A stretch of 64,000 bases of DNA from the human T2T-CHM13v2.0 reference genome, Homo sapiens: assembly GCF_009914755.1 (NCBI RefSeq), contig NC_060926.1; one strand, given 5' to 3'. Position 1 is the first letter of the stretch, and each line of letters opens with the position of its first letter. Of the stretch, positions 1 through 18,892 are shown piece after piece. The translations under genes and the position numbers were made by a program. The notes below the pieces were generated by a model. It was not told the DNA's origin. It saw nothing but the letters and a program-made list of their open reading frames with translations, and searched no databases.

Positions 1-326
1 TGTATCCTGAGTAGCTCATAAACAACAGATATTTATTTTTCACAGTTCTTGAGACTGGAAAGCCCAAGATTAAGATGCCAACAGATTCAGTGTTAGGTGA
101 AGGACTGCTTCCTCATAGACAGCTGTATTCTTACTCTAACCTCACGGGGGAGAAGCAGTGAGGAAGCTCTCTAGTATCTCTTTTAGAAGCCCACTATTCC
201 CATATGAGGCTCCAGCCTCATGACTTAATCACTTTCCAAAATGTTCCACTTCTAATACCATCAGCTTGGGGGTCAGAATTTCAGCATATCAATTTTGGGA
301 GAAGCAAACATCTTCAGACCATAGCA
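1..326 (-). mobile_element. ERVL-MaLR LTR (MLT1A/MST-like), cut by the window start
   Basis: Ends in ...ttcagaccatagca, the reverse complement of the MaLR LTR start TGCTATGGTCTGAA. Typical internal motifs are present (ctcatgacttaatcac, ctaataccatca). Confidence 0.75.
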
Positions 327-3300
327 CTCTCCAAGTCAAATCCTTCCACTGAAATTCTGCAGGTAATGGGACTCCATTCCTAGAAGTAAAGCCCTTCCTC
401 CATCAGGGCTTTTCTTTCCATATAGGATTCTGCTTGTATGGGATCAGCTGCATTGCAGGTTGAGACCGTATCCTAAAATTAAATCCTCTTCCTGCCTAGA
501 CAAGTTTCTATCTTCTAATTTATTCTGTTCCTTATGAGACTGTATCAGTAAGAAATGCAGTTGGTTGCAATAACAGTTTCAATTCTAAGAAAGCCTTTCT
601 CAACCTTAAAACAAATCTCATTTTCATCAAAGCAAGGCCCTTTTAGGAACCTGTAGGATACTTCTCAAGGGAAGTGCCATATCAGCAGATTGAAATGTTA
701 CTACCACTTGTTCAGGCAGAGCTTAGCCCCCCATTTCCCAGTCCGTTGCCCATATTCTTGATCTGCTGAGCCAGGAAGACCACACTTCATTACACATATT
801 TTATTGCAAGCTGAGCCATGAAGACCACATTTTATTACAACTGAAGCAGAAAATATAATTAATTATAATATTATGATGTTATACTTTAATACTATTAATG
901 TCAAACTATGGAATCAGGGCATCTTGAAAAAGTATTGTGGAATAAGAAGAATTTTTGATATTTTTTGGTAAAAATGATAGATGAAACTCTCAGATCAACT
1001 TTTAGTCCCTCCTGAAACCCAAGATAATATCATTAAAGGATTATTTTTTAAAGGCATAATCTCATAAAGAAAAAAGAAGGGAATTAACAGTAACATTTTA
1101 AATCTAAAAGTAAAGAGGTGAATTGTAACTGACTTATCATATAGAACCAAAGTGGAAAAAGCTGAGAAATTATAGAACACCTCTGAAATTATCAGCAGCA
1201 GGTCTTCAAGAAGTCAGGGTAAAGATAACGCTAAAAACAGAAGGGTTCCAATCTAGAGCAAAACCAGAACAAGATATGAGAGCAGGTAATGGAAATTGGG
1301 TATTATAAATATGGAGTACCCTGACAAGAAAAAATTCTTACCCCAACTTTGTGCAGCTGGGGACTGCCCCTTCCTATCCCAGGCAGAGCACACTAGAGAA
1401 TGATTTAGAAAGTACAATTGATACAGGTATAGGTACATCAAAGCAGGGAATTAAATGAGCATATGCCACATGGTGAGACAACCAGCCCTCTTGTACTACC
1501 ACTTCCGTGATATTCTGAGCCAGGTCTACACCCTTCTGGTGGAATATTGAAAATGTCCTCTCTGTGGAATCTGACTGGCTCCAGAAGAAAGACCTAAGGA
1601 AATTGATATCAGAGAGGCCTTAATTAAACAGCCGAAAGAGATGATCTTTCAAAGAAACTCACATCCCAACCCATATCTATAAAGCTGCAATGAGCTTTCT
1701 AAACAGAAACAAAACGACCGAGTATTTGCAAGCCTAAGAGGACAACCTCTAACATGAAACTTAGAGGCTGGCACAGACAAAAAGGCAGTAGAAAATTGGA
1801 GCAAACCATGAAAAGGATAAATAATTTCTAAGTATATTCTGATATGAATGTATATTTTTAGATACATACAAAATACATCTCTATCTCTATATATCTATAT
1901 ATAATACATACTTTCTATGTATCTATCATCTATCGATATAACTAAATGTATAGAATGTTTTTATAAAACATTCTTAATATTTAAATATTTTAAATAAAAT
2001 ATCTTTTTTTGGATCAAATGAGAAATGAATGTAAAGGTTTGAGTATGGTATTTGTCACATATGAGATACTCAGTATTGGTGGCTATTATTATTATAACTA
2101 TTAATTTGTTGTAGCAGAAGGAAAGTTAATTAACCAGCAAAAAAAAAAAAAAATCCATACTGTCTACATGTATGTGTTTATTTCTGACCACAGGTGAGCG
2201 ATCATGGACTTTCTGAAAAGAATGGAGGTGCATTCTGAGACCAGGAGTGGCCTCACTCAGTGTTATCCTTCCATTGTTCAATGAACGCTGTTAGACCGAA
2301 TTCATAGATTTTAAAAGCAGAAAAGATTGGAGTACACAATGAGTATATGCACAGGGTCTAAAGAACACAAATAGAGAGTGCAGGAAGACCATCACACTGC
2401 CAAGAGCCTCAGTTTGTCCTCAGTGACCCAGCTTTTCCTCTGCACCCATCGTCAGGGTCCGGTGGACTTATCGAAGTGTGTTTTCACAGGACAGTCAGTT
2501 CCTCACTGGAGTCCTCTGTTCCACCAGGCCTTCCTCAGGGGCTCTGCAGCACAGTGGCAAGGTAAACTGAATTAGATGATACCACAACAGTTTTAATCAG
2601 AATTGAGGACAGAAAAAAAAACCCACAGAAATAAGAAATAAAACTCAAAGGAAATGTCCCAATGCAACAGATTCAGAAATCACAACCTAAAGCACAGCTA
2701 TAGCTGCAGCTAAATGAATTCTCCTTGAGTTGAGGTGATTTTTTTTTTCCCTGCTGGCATTGATATCAGGTTTGGCTGACCCTGCACTTATTCCATGCTG
2801 TTTTGGTGCATTAGCCTGCTGCTACTGTCTCCTACACACCAGAGGTAGCAGCCTTTGAGAAGTAAAACTACTTGACACAATTTGATAAAACAAAGCAAAC
2901 TGCTCCCTTTCTCAATGTTTCAGGACATGAAACCAGGCAGGTTTAACACAAGCTGGTCCATTCAATTATGTGTCTTCTTTCATACTCTCTCTATCCATAT
3001 TGTAAAAGACATATGTATATATCACTCACAAACAGTGACATAAATAAATTCATATCAATAAAAGTATGCATTTATATGCATTTCAACACAGGAAAGCATC
3101 CCTATTACAGAATACAGTCAAACAGATGTAAGTTCTATTTCATGGGAAAAAAGTAGGATTAGTAGGTGGATGTTTAACATTTCAAACACAAGCAAGAAGG
3201 GTTTTTTCCTCCCCAAATAGCTGTGTCCACACTAAAATTTGCTGTTTTGTTAAATGGTAAGATTTTCATCACAGCAGGCGAAGACAGAAATATTATGGAG

Positions 3301-5076
3301 GAAAATGGTACATTAGAAGAAAGTTTAGACACTATATTCTTTTTCCATTCTAGGAGTTCCTTATTTTGTAAATATACTCCAATTTGAGACATAAAAGCCA
3401 CATTGTAATTTCAAATGGGATTGATACTTACGTAAGGACACCATCTTCAGTACTTTTATAGTTTGTTTGCAAGTCGCATTGTGTGTTAAACTTATGTAGT
3501 TCCTTTTTTCACTATTCCATGTAGCAAATGTGATGCTATATTTCGGAATTCCAAAAACAAGCTTATTTTCTCTAGATTGCCAGCTCAGTCTTCCCCAAGG
3601 CACTGATTTGATCTTGTTACCTCCCGAAATTAAAGTAATCATTGCAAATTCCTTAGCGACGTCCAGCCACGTCTACTCCTCTCCCTAATCCCTGTTTGCA
3701 GTCTCTTTATCTTACTGTGCCGCCGTATATTTTAACCAGTGAGCTAGGTATTTTATATAGATTATCATAATACGAAGTTTTACATCGTAGACATTATAAT
3801 CTTAAATTTTGCCTCAGATTGGCCCAAATTTTTGTGTGTACTATAATGTCTCTCTCTTATAGTTAACAATTTATAAAACATACTGACAATGTTCGAGTTT
3901 TCTACTTTTATATGGTTAGTCCATAGGGTGGGATATTACAAGTAAAAGAAAAATGTTTATAGAAAATCACAGTTATCTCAATTATTGGCAACCGTTTAAT
4001 ATAATAGATGCTCATTCAGAAATGAAAAGGAAAAGTCACAGAATATTATAAAGGCTATTAGGGATCTGATCCCAAATGATGTCATCTACAGCCACATGGC
4101 AGCTATAGTAATGATAAAGACTTAAAATATCTCTGCTAGGCATTTACACGTCACACAGCATCCCAGAACCAAGCCACTCAAGGTATTATATTAATGGACA
4201 AGTGCAATTCAGTGTTAAGATAAAGCTAGAGCTGTTGAGGCTAATGGAGTATTTTCAGGAATAAACCTGCAAATGCCTTGGTCATTCATCTTTGCTTTGC
4301 TCCAGGGTCTACACAGAGAGAGAGAAAAACAACCAGGCCGCAGGCCCAGACGCATTTTACAGTTGTGCCCATTAACTCTTGGAGAGAACACAGACACGCC
4401 ACCTAATGATAGCAATTTCCAGTCAATCTAGCAAAAGTCATGACCTGTTCTGGGTTTCCTGGAGGTTATAAGAACATTGACTAATTTACTGAGCCACTAT
4501 AATAAGATAACCAGATGGAGAAGCTAATGGGCTGAGACACCAACTGTTAAACATTATTTGCTAACATCAGTATAGCAAAACCAGAGAGTAGAGCATATTA
4601 TAGGCCAGTATGTACCTTTTAATTAAAATAATACTGTTTCAGCATTATTTTAATATCGGAATTAGGCAGCATGGATTCTGAATACCAGCCTTATCTTTGG
4701 TTTTTGAATGTGTGTGCTTTTCTTTTCTTTTTTTTTTTTTTTTTTTTTTTTTTGCATCTTTTGGAATAACTGCATTAGCAAAGTCAGACAACCTGAATAT
4801 CACAGCATCTTGATCCAGGCGCTTGAAGAATCTATTTAATTGCTTGTTTGATGCTATCAAAATAATATTTAAAAGAAAATATAGCAATAGTCACAAAAGT
4901 AAAAAAAAAAACTTAAAATTGAAAATAATATCTTTAAGGATCATTTGGTATAATCTCTACATTGTATACTTGAATACCTTTTATGAATTTTTCTATACAT
5001 CATGGAAGTGTAAACTATCCCATTCTAGTTTGTCTTAATTACTGTCCTTCTCAACTGCTTATGATAGCCACAGTAA

Positions 5077-5573
<497 letters not shown>

Positions 5574-6519
5574 CGTAGAGTATTTTTTGTTAAGTCTTTA
5601 CCTAAGAACTTGTTTGGAAATTTTTATTTGAACAAATAAGACATGTTATCCCAATTTTCCATTTGCTGATTTATTCATCCTGGATGATTTTTCCTCCATG
5701 TAATCCATTCACACTTACTTTTTATTCACCCTATCTCTGCTCTTACTTTCTCTAGCCCAGAATTATCCCTTCCTTTCTTCCTTGTTGTGTCTTTCTCTTT
5801 TCTTAATTTTTCTTTGTCTTCTTAATTTATTATGCTGTCATTCTTATTTTATCACTTCTACATGTTTTGAGTCAAGAGTGTTGATTTTAATTTTACTTGT
5901 CCGGTTGTGGGCTTTGAAAGGCATACACACAAGCACAAACAGCTGCAGAATCAATTAAAATAAACAAACACAAGCAATCTTTATTCCTTCCAATCCTCCC
6001 CCTTCCCAGAGGTGGATAGAAACTGGTAATTCCATGGCCAGTGTGAATTAACTAAAAATTTAGCCAATTAAATAGTATTCTTAAGAATGAACTTATATTT
6101 GAAGAAAAGTGATTTTTGAGATTTGTCACAAATTCACTATTTTTTTTGTTCATTCATTCAGTGTGGGAGATAATATTCCACTACAGGTAGTTTAAACAAA
6201 AAACTGTATCTACCTCTTGTGTGTGATCTATGATGCCACTACTTTCTAAGATTTCTAAAATACTCACTTTCTAAGGTTCTGGACCCTGAAGCATTCAGTC
6301 TCCTCAAGAAAACTGTCATTTATTTACCAACTCCTAAGTCACTTTGCAGTCACTGACTTGAAATCTTCATCTCCATTCTCAGTTCTGCTGGCCATTTGTT
6401 AACTTTCTGACTTTGAGAGATGGAGAGATACTAATCCTCTCTACAACAGACAATTTTATCTGAAAATGCAGAAAGTAAGAGCCTTTACTTCACAGGCTTA
6501 TTAAACACCTAAATGATTT

Positions 6520-7767
6520 TTTTAAATTTGCATACTTTAGGACTTGTTTTTTTGTGCTATGGGTTTTGACAAATGTGCAGTGTCACTTTTCCACCATTAT
6601 AAGTGCACTTCTACGCAAGTGCAAGAGTTTCACAGCCCTAAAAAATTCCCTATTCTTCACCGATTTAACTATCTCGACCCTATCCACAAACCCCTGGCAA
6701 CTATAAATCTTTATACTATCACCGTGGTTTTGCCTTTTTTAGAATGTATACATTGTGTATGTACAAGTGTCATATAATACATTATCTCTTCATAATGTAT
6801 TTTTTCACTAAGCGATGTAAGTTTTAAGATTCATGTGTCTTTTTCATAGCTGCATCACTTATTTCTTTTTATCACTGAATAACATTCCATTGCATGGATG
6901 TATCCCAGTTTGTTTACTCATTCACCTGTTACAGGACATCTTGGTTGATTGGTGATAATGAAGTTGCTATAAACATTCACATACAGATTTTGATGAAGAG
7001 ACACGTTTTCAGATCAGTTGGTTGGTACTTAGGAGCACATTGGCTTGATTGTATGATAAGACTATATTTAGTTTTGTGAAAAACAGCCAAAAGGATTTCT
7101 AGAGAAGCTGTAGCCTTTTTCTTTCCAAGCAGCAATGAATGACAGTTCGTCTGTATCCTCATCAGTAATTAGAATGATCAGGTTTTTGGATTTTAATCAT
7201 TCCAATAAGTGTGTAGTGGCATCTCATTGTTGTTTTAATTGCCAATTCCCTTATATATGTGTGTATAAAAAAGCATATTTAATATGCCTAATATAATATT
7301 AAACATATTTTCATATTCCTATTTGCTGTCTATATTCTTTAGTCGGGTGTCTGTGGAGATTTTTTCCCAATTTTTAGTTCGGTTGTTGGTTTTCTGATTT
7401 AACTTTCAAGGGCTCTTTTTAAAGTTTTTAAAGTTCTTTGGATATTATGAATATAAGTTATTTATCAGATAAATGTTTTGCAGCTATTTTCTACCAGTAT
7501 GTGACTTCTCTTTTCATTCTCTTAGCTGTGTCTTTTGCAGAACAGACAATTTTAATGAAATCCAACCAACCATTTTTTTTTTTGTGGATCACATTTGGTA
7601 TTTTGTTTAAAATTTATCACCAAACCCAAGTTCATCTAGATTTTCTTCTATAATTTCTTCTAGAAATTTTACAGTTTTGCATGTGACATTTAGGTCTATG
7701 TTCAATTTGGAGTTAATTTTTGTAAAATGTATCAAATCAAAACAGCTTCTAGATTCTTTGTCTCTTT

Positions 7768-7804
<37 letters not shown>

Positions 7805-7880
7805 GCATATGGACATGGCATTTTTCCAGTATCTTTTGTTAAAAACGGTATTCTTTCTCTATTTTCTTTTTCTCCTTTTT
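6520..7880 (-). mobile_element. Old mammalian L1 (L1MC-like), 3' portion
   Basis: Degenerate antisense L1 3'UTR and ORF2 end (ctatgggttttgacaaatg; gtgtagtggcatctcattg; gagttaatttttgtaaaatg). Boundaries are approximate. Confidence 0.7.
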
Positions 7881-8735
7881 GAAAATAGTTTTTTTTTAAT
7901 TTAGTTTGACTTTCCTCAACATGTTAAGACACCAGCCCTTGATCTGCAATGACTCTCCTAAGGAGTCAGAACCCCAGTTCCATGGAAAACTTCCTCTAAG
8001 TTACTAGGATCTGATAATTCCAACCTCCGTCCTACCAGTGGAAACAACTTCCTGCAGTTACCATCTCTGCTAACTCAGTACCTCCTTCACCTATTTTTTT
8101 CATTGTTTAAATATCTGTTTTACCAATTCCCTATATGAAGTTCTCTGTTAAAATACTTAGTGGGGTTTTTCTGATGGATACATATTTTGAATACTTAAAA
8201 AATATGTATAAGGCACTTCATAATAATTTTATATTATAAATTAAATGAAAAAGACTATGTACATTAAATCTCAAAACTGTATAAGGGGAAGAGATAAATG
8301 TTTGTTAAGCAAGAAAAGTCCTTCTGTAGTTGCCATCTCGTGTGCATCAGGGCTTAGAACGTGTTCTGCAACATCGTGTTACTTGGATTAATAAGCATGC
8401 ATTTTTCAGAAATCTTATAAACCTGGGATCAACAAAAAGACAAGAAAGCAAGAATTTCACAAAGCAAGCATTTTCTCCAGAGAGAAGCATGATAAGGCCT
8501 GGACATTCTGTGGGATATGCATTATGAGTTTGCAATCCAGGGTAGATCTCCACATCAATGTTTCTCTTCCTTTTTAAGGATCATCATGAAAACAGCTGAG
8601 TCAATGGGGGCAACACAGGTTACTGGAATGTCAGGCAGACATGCCTAGAAACTGTTCTATAAAGATTGTCTGAGAAAGGGAGCTTTGCAGCACCCAGAGA
8701 CTCTGGAACTCTTGGGAATTTGTCCACCCTCCTAC

Positions 8736-9915
8736 TGTGTCCAGAATTGGTGGGTTATTGGTCTCACTTCAAGAATGAAGCCACGGAGCCCCGCAGTGAG
8801 TGTTACAGTTCTTAAAGGCGGCGTGTCTGGAGTTTGTTCCTTCTGATGTCCGGATGTGTTTGGAGTTTCTTCCTTCCGCTGGGTTCGTGGTCTCACTGGC
8901 TCAGGAGTGAAGCTGCAGACCTTCCCGGTGAGTGTTACAACTCTTAAGGCAGCGCGTCTGGAGTTGTTCGTTCCTCCCGGTGGGTTTGTGGTCTCGCTGG
9001 CTTCACGAGTGAAGCTGCAGACCTTCGTGGTGAGTGTTACAGTTCATAAAGGCAGTGTGGACACAAACAGTGAGCAGCAGCAAGATTTATTGCAAAGAGC
9101 AAAAGAATAAACCTTCCACATTGTGGAAGGGAAACCCAGCGGCTTGCCAGTGCTGGCTCAGCAGCCTGCTTTTTCCCCTTATCTGGCCCCATCCACATCC
9201 TGCTGATTGGTCCATTTTACAGAGAGCCGATTGGTGTGTTTTACAGAGAGCTGATTGGTCCGTTTTGACAGGGTGCTGACTGGTGCATTTACAATCCCTG
9301 AGCTAGACATAAAGGTTCTCCAAGTCCCCACTAGACTCAGGAGCCCAGCTGGCTTCATCCAGTGCTTCTTGCATGGGGGCCGCGGGTGGAGCTGCCTGCG
9401 AGTCCTCCGCTGTGTGCCTGTACTCCTCAGCCCTTGGGTGGTCAATGGGACTGGGCTCATCGGGGAGGCTTTGGGTGCACAGGAGCCCACAGGTAGGGGG
9501 GCGGCTCAGGCATGGCGGGCTGCCGGTCCTGAGCTCTGCCCCGCAGGGAGGCAGCTAAGGCCCGGCGAGAAATCGAGCACAGCAGCTGCTGGCCCAGGTG
9601 CTAAGCTCCTCAATGCCCGGGGCCGGCTCCGCTGGCTGCTCCGAGTGCGGGGCCCGCCGAGCCCACGCCCATCCAGAATTCGCACTGGCCCACAAGCCGC
9701 ATGGGCAGCCCTGGTTCCCACCCGCGCCTCTCCCTTCGCACCTCCTGGCAAGCTGAGGGAGCCGGCTCCAGCCTTGGCCAGCCCAGAAAGGGGCTCCTAC
9801 AGTGCTGCGGTGGGCTGAAGTTCTCCTCAAGCGTGGCCAGAGTGGGCGCCAAGGCCCAGGAGGCGCCCAGAGCTAGCGAGGGCTGTGAGGGCTGCCAGCA
9901 CGCTGTCACCTCTCA
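8736..9915 (-). mobile_element. Solo ERV9 LTR (LTR12C-like), 1180 bp
   Basis: Termini tgtgtcc...cacctctca (TGAGAGGTGACAGCG start on the minus strand). Perfect 4-bp TSD CTAC at 8732-8735 and 9916-9919. GC/CpG-rich U3 and tandem gattgg (CCAAT) repeats at ~9200-9260. Confidence 0.93.
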
Positions 9916-10019
9916 CTACCAGGGGAAAGAACACCATTGAGGAGTTGGATTCAGATACAGTGCCCAAACTGCCCTTTTGCCCAGGCAACCCAGATGAATT
10001 TATCTGTTGCTCCATAGCC

Positions 10020-10264
10020 CTTTACTCTGCTCTACATTTGTTTTCTTCTTTTTTAAAAAAATAAATAGAATTATTTAACCTTTTAACACACTGTATAATT
10101 TGCATGCTTATTATGTCTACTGTTTTCTGACTGTCTGCACCAGAATGTAAAGTACAAGAGGGCAGAGCTTTTGGTTGGTCCACTGTTAATATCCAAGTGT
10201 CTAGATTTTGTCTGCATCCTAGTAGATACTTGATAAATACTTATTGAATGAACAAATAAATGAA
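10020..10264 (+). mobile_element. L2 LINE 3' end
   Basis: agaatgtaaagtacaagagggcagag...ataaatacttattgaatgaa resembles the L2a terminus. Confidence 0.7.
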
Positions 10265-11496
10265 GGCTGAAGTTACTTTTTTCCAAGTCTGGCTGTTTTT
10301 CCTTTTTGACTCACTCTCTTGGAATCTCGTCCACTCACCTCAGCTCTACTAAGCATTTTCAAGCTCTTCTCTCTAAATCTGGGTACCACTTTTTATATCA
10401 AGCACCATGGTCTTTTCTACACTTGTGCACATTTTTTCCCTCTTCACTAGTTTCTCTCACAAGAATGTATTTTAGGAAGAAAAGTGAGTCAATTTTGAAA
10501 ACCATGTTGACAAGTATTAGTATGAAGACATGGGAAAAATTGAGTGTGTAATTAGAGTGATCCAAGTTTATAAAAACCATAAGATCAAAGAAAAAGAAAA
10601 AACAGTTTTCTTTATAAGTCTCAAAGGACAGGACTAATGGGAGTGAGGGAGATATAAATATAGTAAGATGGGGATGAGTATTCAGAATTATATGTTAAAA
10701 TCGAAGATTTTAGAAACTCAGAGAGAAGTGTAAGATGACAAAAATGACAGGTGTGGGTGTTACAGGGAGGACAGTATAAAGTTTTCTGAGAGAAGGGTCA
10801 AAAATCTGTGATTCCAGTATATTGGATGGGCCAAAATAGGTAGGCTTAAGTAACAGATATAATCTTAAAGGTGATTGCCCATGTAAAATTTTCTAACAGC
10901 CCCAAGAATAATAACTGAATGGTATCAAAAAGGAGGAAGTTAGTTTTCTTTTTTTTCTCTCTTGCTCTCTCTCTCTTTCTCCCCTCTTCCTTCCTTTTTC
11001 CTCTCTCTCTCTGTCTTCCAATGAAATATTATAAAACAATTACAGAGAAGCTTCAGAGGGAACCAGAAGTGTTTTCACCTTTCTCATGTCACTGAGATAG
11101 AGAGTAAAAGAAGTTTTAGCTGGAAAAGTTGGTGAGACCACACCAACCCAGTTCTGTCCATAGAGACTTCAAAAAAATCTGAGATGAAGGAAACACTCAC
11201 ACAGCTACTTCTCATGGCTAAGAATGTATTATCTGCCACGGATAGATGTTTTCCCCTGCCCAGAATTTTGATTAATGCCCTTTGAATACAATGACCATGT
11301 TGATTTACAGATATTTCATTTGTGTAATGAGAAACACATTTTCATATTAAAGGAGATAATACCTACAAACATAACAGCAGGATGCTCCATCTTAGGATGA
11401 CTTTGGTAATTTAGGCAAAATTTGAAGTTGAATTTCACCTGCTTTCCATTTTGATTTTCTTATCACTGAATCTTGGTACACTTGTTTTCAACATTA

Positions 11497-11816
<320 letters not shown>

Positions 11817-13544
11817 AAATCAGCAAACTTCACTTATGCATTACAAAAGAAAGTGAACTAATTTCATTATTTGACTTAGTTTATCATCATACTTGTATTT
11901 TATATGCAATTTATTAAAATAGTTTTTACATTTGTCTTTTCTATTATTTGGCCATAATATCTGAACTTAGGAAATGTCAAGGTTAAGTCCTTCACCTAAA
12001 TAGAATGACAAAGTATGACAGCAGAAATTGTGTATGATATGCCCTTCTACTCAATCATGTGGAGCATGTCACTTCTTGTCCAACTTATCTTGAGAGCCAT
12101 TGAATGTATTTGACAGGACATATATTTGGCTGCTGGAATGATGGACGTATCCGAATGTGTAGACCTGGCTTGATGGCAGAAGATTATGAATGTGTAGCAT
12201 CGAGGGCAGGTTCGCAGCAGTGAAAACAAAATTTCTACCTGACGCTGCACCAAAGTCCTGGGATATTTGCCCTATTGTGATGGCTGACAGTTTGCATGTG
12301 TTTCAACTTTGGCAATCAGTCAATCTGCTCTTGATGGGTAATTGCCAGCAGGAAGCTAATTTTTCCACATCAATTGTCACACATGTCTCTAATATTCTTA
12401 TTCACTGTTAACTAGATTGGCGATGTTGTTTCAGACAAGAATAGGAAAAGGTGTGAGCTTTCTTCCTGAAGACACCATAGTCTGGCTAAATTATACAAGT
12501 AAAAAGCCAACAAATCTTAAAATAACAGATAATGTCCAATGTCATATTTATGCATTAGTCAGTATAAAATTGCTAGTAACATTTTATGTTGCTGTACATG
12601 AAGTAAGTCATTTTAGCTTGTGAAACAGCCATGAATGCATTTTGAAAATAGAATTTTATAACCACTTGATGTGGATACGATAGGCTCTTTCTTTAAATAC
12701 ATTTTAAACTAAAATAAATAACATTTTTCTAATTAAGAAAATACATATTATTTAAGAAAGTAGAACAAAGATGAGAATTGATATAATACAAAGTACATAT
12801 TACTGATAATTCCATCACAAAATAATTTTAGATATATGTTTTCAGATACACACACATATGCACAGATGTATGTCTTTTTTCTACATCTCTGACAATTACT
12901 TTATAACAAAACATATGGATCATTGACCTTTGCAAATTATTACTCTAATAAATTTTTGATATTCACTTCACCAGGTTTCATTTGTTCCATATTTGGGCTT
13001 TTGAAATTTTTAGCTTTTATAAATTATACTTTAATATATAACCTTAAGATTACATATATAAAGACTTCCTTTATCATTTTCTTATGAAAAACAACACAAA
13101 AGAATTGCTAGGATTAAGAATGTGCAATTTTAGTCTTTTTATATCTGATACGTGGTTTCTCAGAGCTTAAACTGGCAGTAGAGTGTAAGAATTTCCACTT
13201 TCTCCCACCAAAGAATATTTTTTTGCCAATTTAAAAAATTAAGAAGGAGCAAGATTATCTTTACTGTTTTCACTAGAATGATTTGATTACTGAGGAATAA
13301 AATGTGATTATTGGGTATGTTTTTTCCCTTTTTATTATTATTATACTTTAAGTTTTAGGGTACATGTGCACAATGTGCAGGTTAGTTACATATGTATACA
13401 TGTGCCATGCTGGTGCGCTGCACCCACTAACTGATCATCTAGCATTAGGTATATCTCTCAATGCTATCCCTCCGCCCTCCCCCCACCCCACCACAGTCCC
13501 CAGAGTGTGATGTTCCCCTTCCTGTGTCCATGTGTTCTCATTGT

Positions 13545-17372
<3,828 letters not shown>

Positions 17373-17420
17373 CTATTTTGCTCGTTAGTTGATGCAGTTT
17401 CTTCCTAGTCACGATGATCT

Positions 17421-18437
17421 TTACATTTTGGATTGATTTTCCAGCGGCTGGTACTGGTTGTTCCTTTCCATGTTTAGCACTTCCTTCAGGAGCTCTTTTA
17501 GGGCAGGCCTGGTGGTGACAAAATCTCTGAGCATTTGCTTGTCTGTAAAGTATTTTATTTCTCCTTCACTTATGAAGCTTAGTTTGGCTGGATATGAAAT
17601 TCTGGGTTGAAAATTCTTTTCTTTAAGAATGTTGAATATTGGCCCCCAGTCTCTCCTGGCTTGTAGAATTTCTGCCGAGAGATCCGCTGTTAGTCTGATG
17701 GGCTTCCCTTTGAGGGTAACCCGACCTTTCTCTCTGGCTGCCCTTAACATTTTTTCCTTCATTTCAACTTTGGTGAATCTGACAATTATGTGTCTTGGAG
17801 TTGCTCTTCTCAAGGAGTATCTTTGTGGTGTTCTCTGTATTTCCTGAATCTGAATGTTGGCCTGCCTTGCTAGATTGGGGAAGTTCTTCTGGATAATTCC
17901 CTGCAGAGTGTTTTCCAACTTGGTTCCATTCTGCCCGTCGCTTTCAGGTACACCAATCAGACGTAGATTTGGTCTTTTCACATAGTCCCATATTTCTTGG
18001 AGGCTTTGCTTGTTTCTTTTTATTCTTTTTTCTCTAAACTTCCCTTCTCGCTTCATTTCATTCACTTCATCTTCCATCACTGATACCCTTTCTTCCAGTT
18101 GATTGCATCGGCTCCTGAGGCTTCTGCATTCTTCACGTAGTTCTCGAGCCTTGGTTTTCAGCTCCATCAGTTCCTTTAAGAACTTCTCTGTATTGGTGAT
18201 TCTAGTTTTACATTCTTCTACACTTTTTTCAAAGTTTTTAACTTCTTTGCCTTTGGTTTGAGTTTCCTCCCATAGCTCGGAGTAATTTGATCATCTGAAG
18301 CCTTCTTCTCTCAGCTCGTCAAAGTCATTCTCCGTCCAGCTTTGCTCCGTTGCTGGTGAGGAACTGCGTTCCTTTGGAGGAGGAGAGGCGCTCTGCTTTT
18401 TAGAGTTTCCAGTTTTTCTGCTCTGTTTTTTCCCCAT
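17421..18437 (-). pseudogene. L1 ORF1 (RNA-binding chaperone), in frame but with a nonsense codon at position 49
   Basis: 1017 nt from ATG 18437 to TAA 17421. TGA at 18291-18293 (CGA>TGA). The remaining 248-aa frame matches ORF1p (REKG, YPAKLS). Confidence 0.92.
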
Positions 18438-18892
18438 CTTTGTGGTTTTATCTACTTTTGGTCTTTGATGGTGGTGATGTACAGACGGGTTTTTGGTGTG
18501 GATGTCCTTTCTGTTTGTTAGTTTTCTTTCTAACAGATAGGACCCTCAGCTGCAGGTCTGTTGGAGTACCGGGCCATGTGAGTTGTCAGTCTGCCCCTAC
18601 TGGGGAGTGCCTCCCAGTTAGGCTGCTCAGCAGTCAGGGGTCAGGGACCCACTTGAGGAGGCAGTCTGCCCATTTTCAGATCTCCAGCTGCGTGCTGGGA
18701 GAATCACTGCTCTCTTCAAAGCTGTCAGACAGGGACATTTAAGTCTGCAGAGGTTACTGCTGTCTTTTTGTTTGTCTGTGCCCTGCCCCCAGAGGTGGAG
18801 CCTACAGATGCAAGCAGGCCTCCTTGAGCTGTGGTGGGCTCTACCCAGTTCGAGCTTCCTGGCTGCTTTGTTTACCTATGCAAGCCTGGGCA

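Noticed and set aside
765-839. 30-bp repeat pair with a 15-nt spacer
   Set aside because: The spacer is itself a partial copy, so this is an ordinary slippage duplication.
2630-4860. Complex non-repeat patches as enhancers or exons
   Set aside because: No convincing splice pattern, ORF or motif cluster; cannot be supported without conservation data.
8856-10015. Cluster of overlapping ORFs up to 187 aa
   Set aside because: All fall in or at the edge of the GC-rich LTR12, where stop codons are scarce. No protein motifs.
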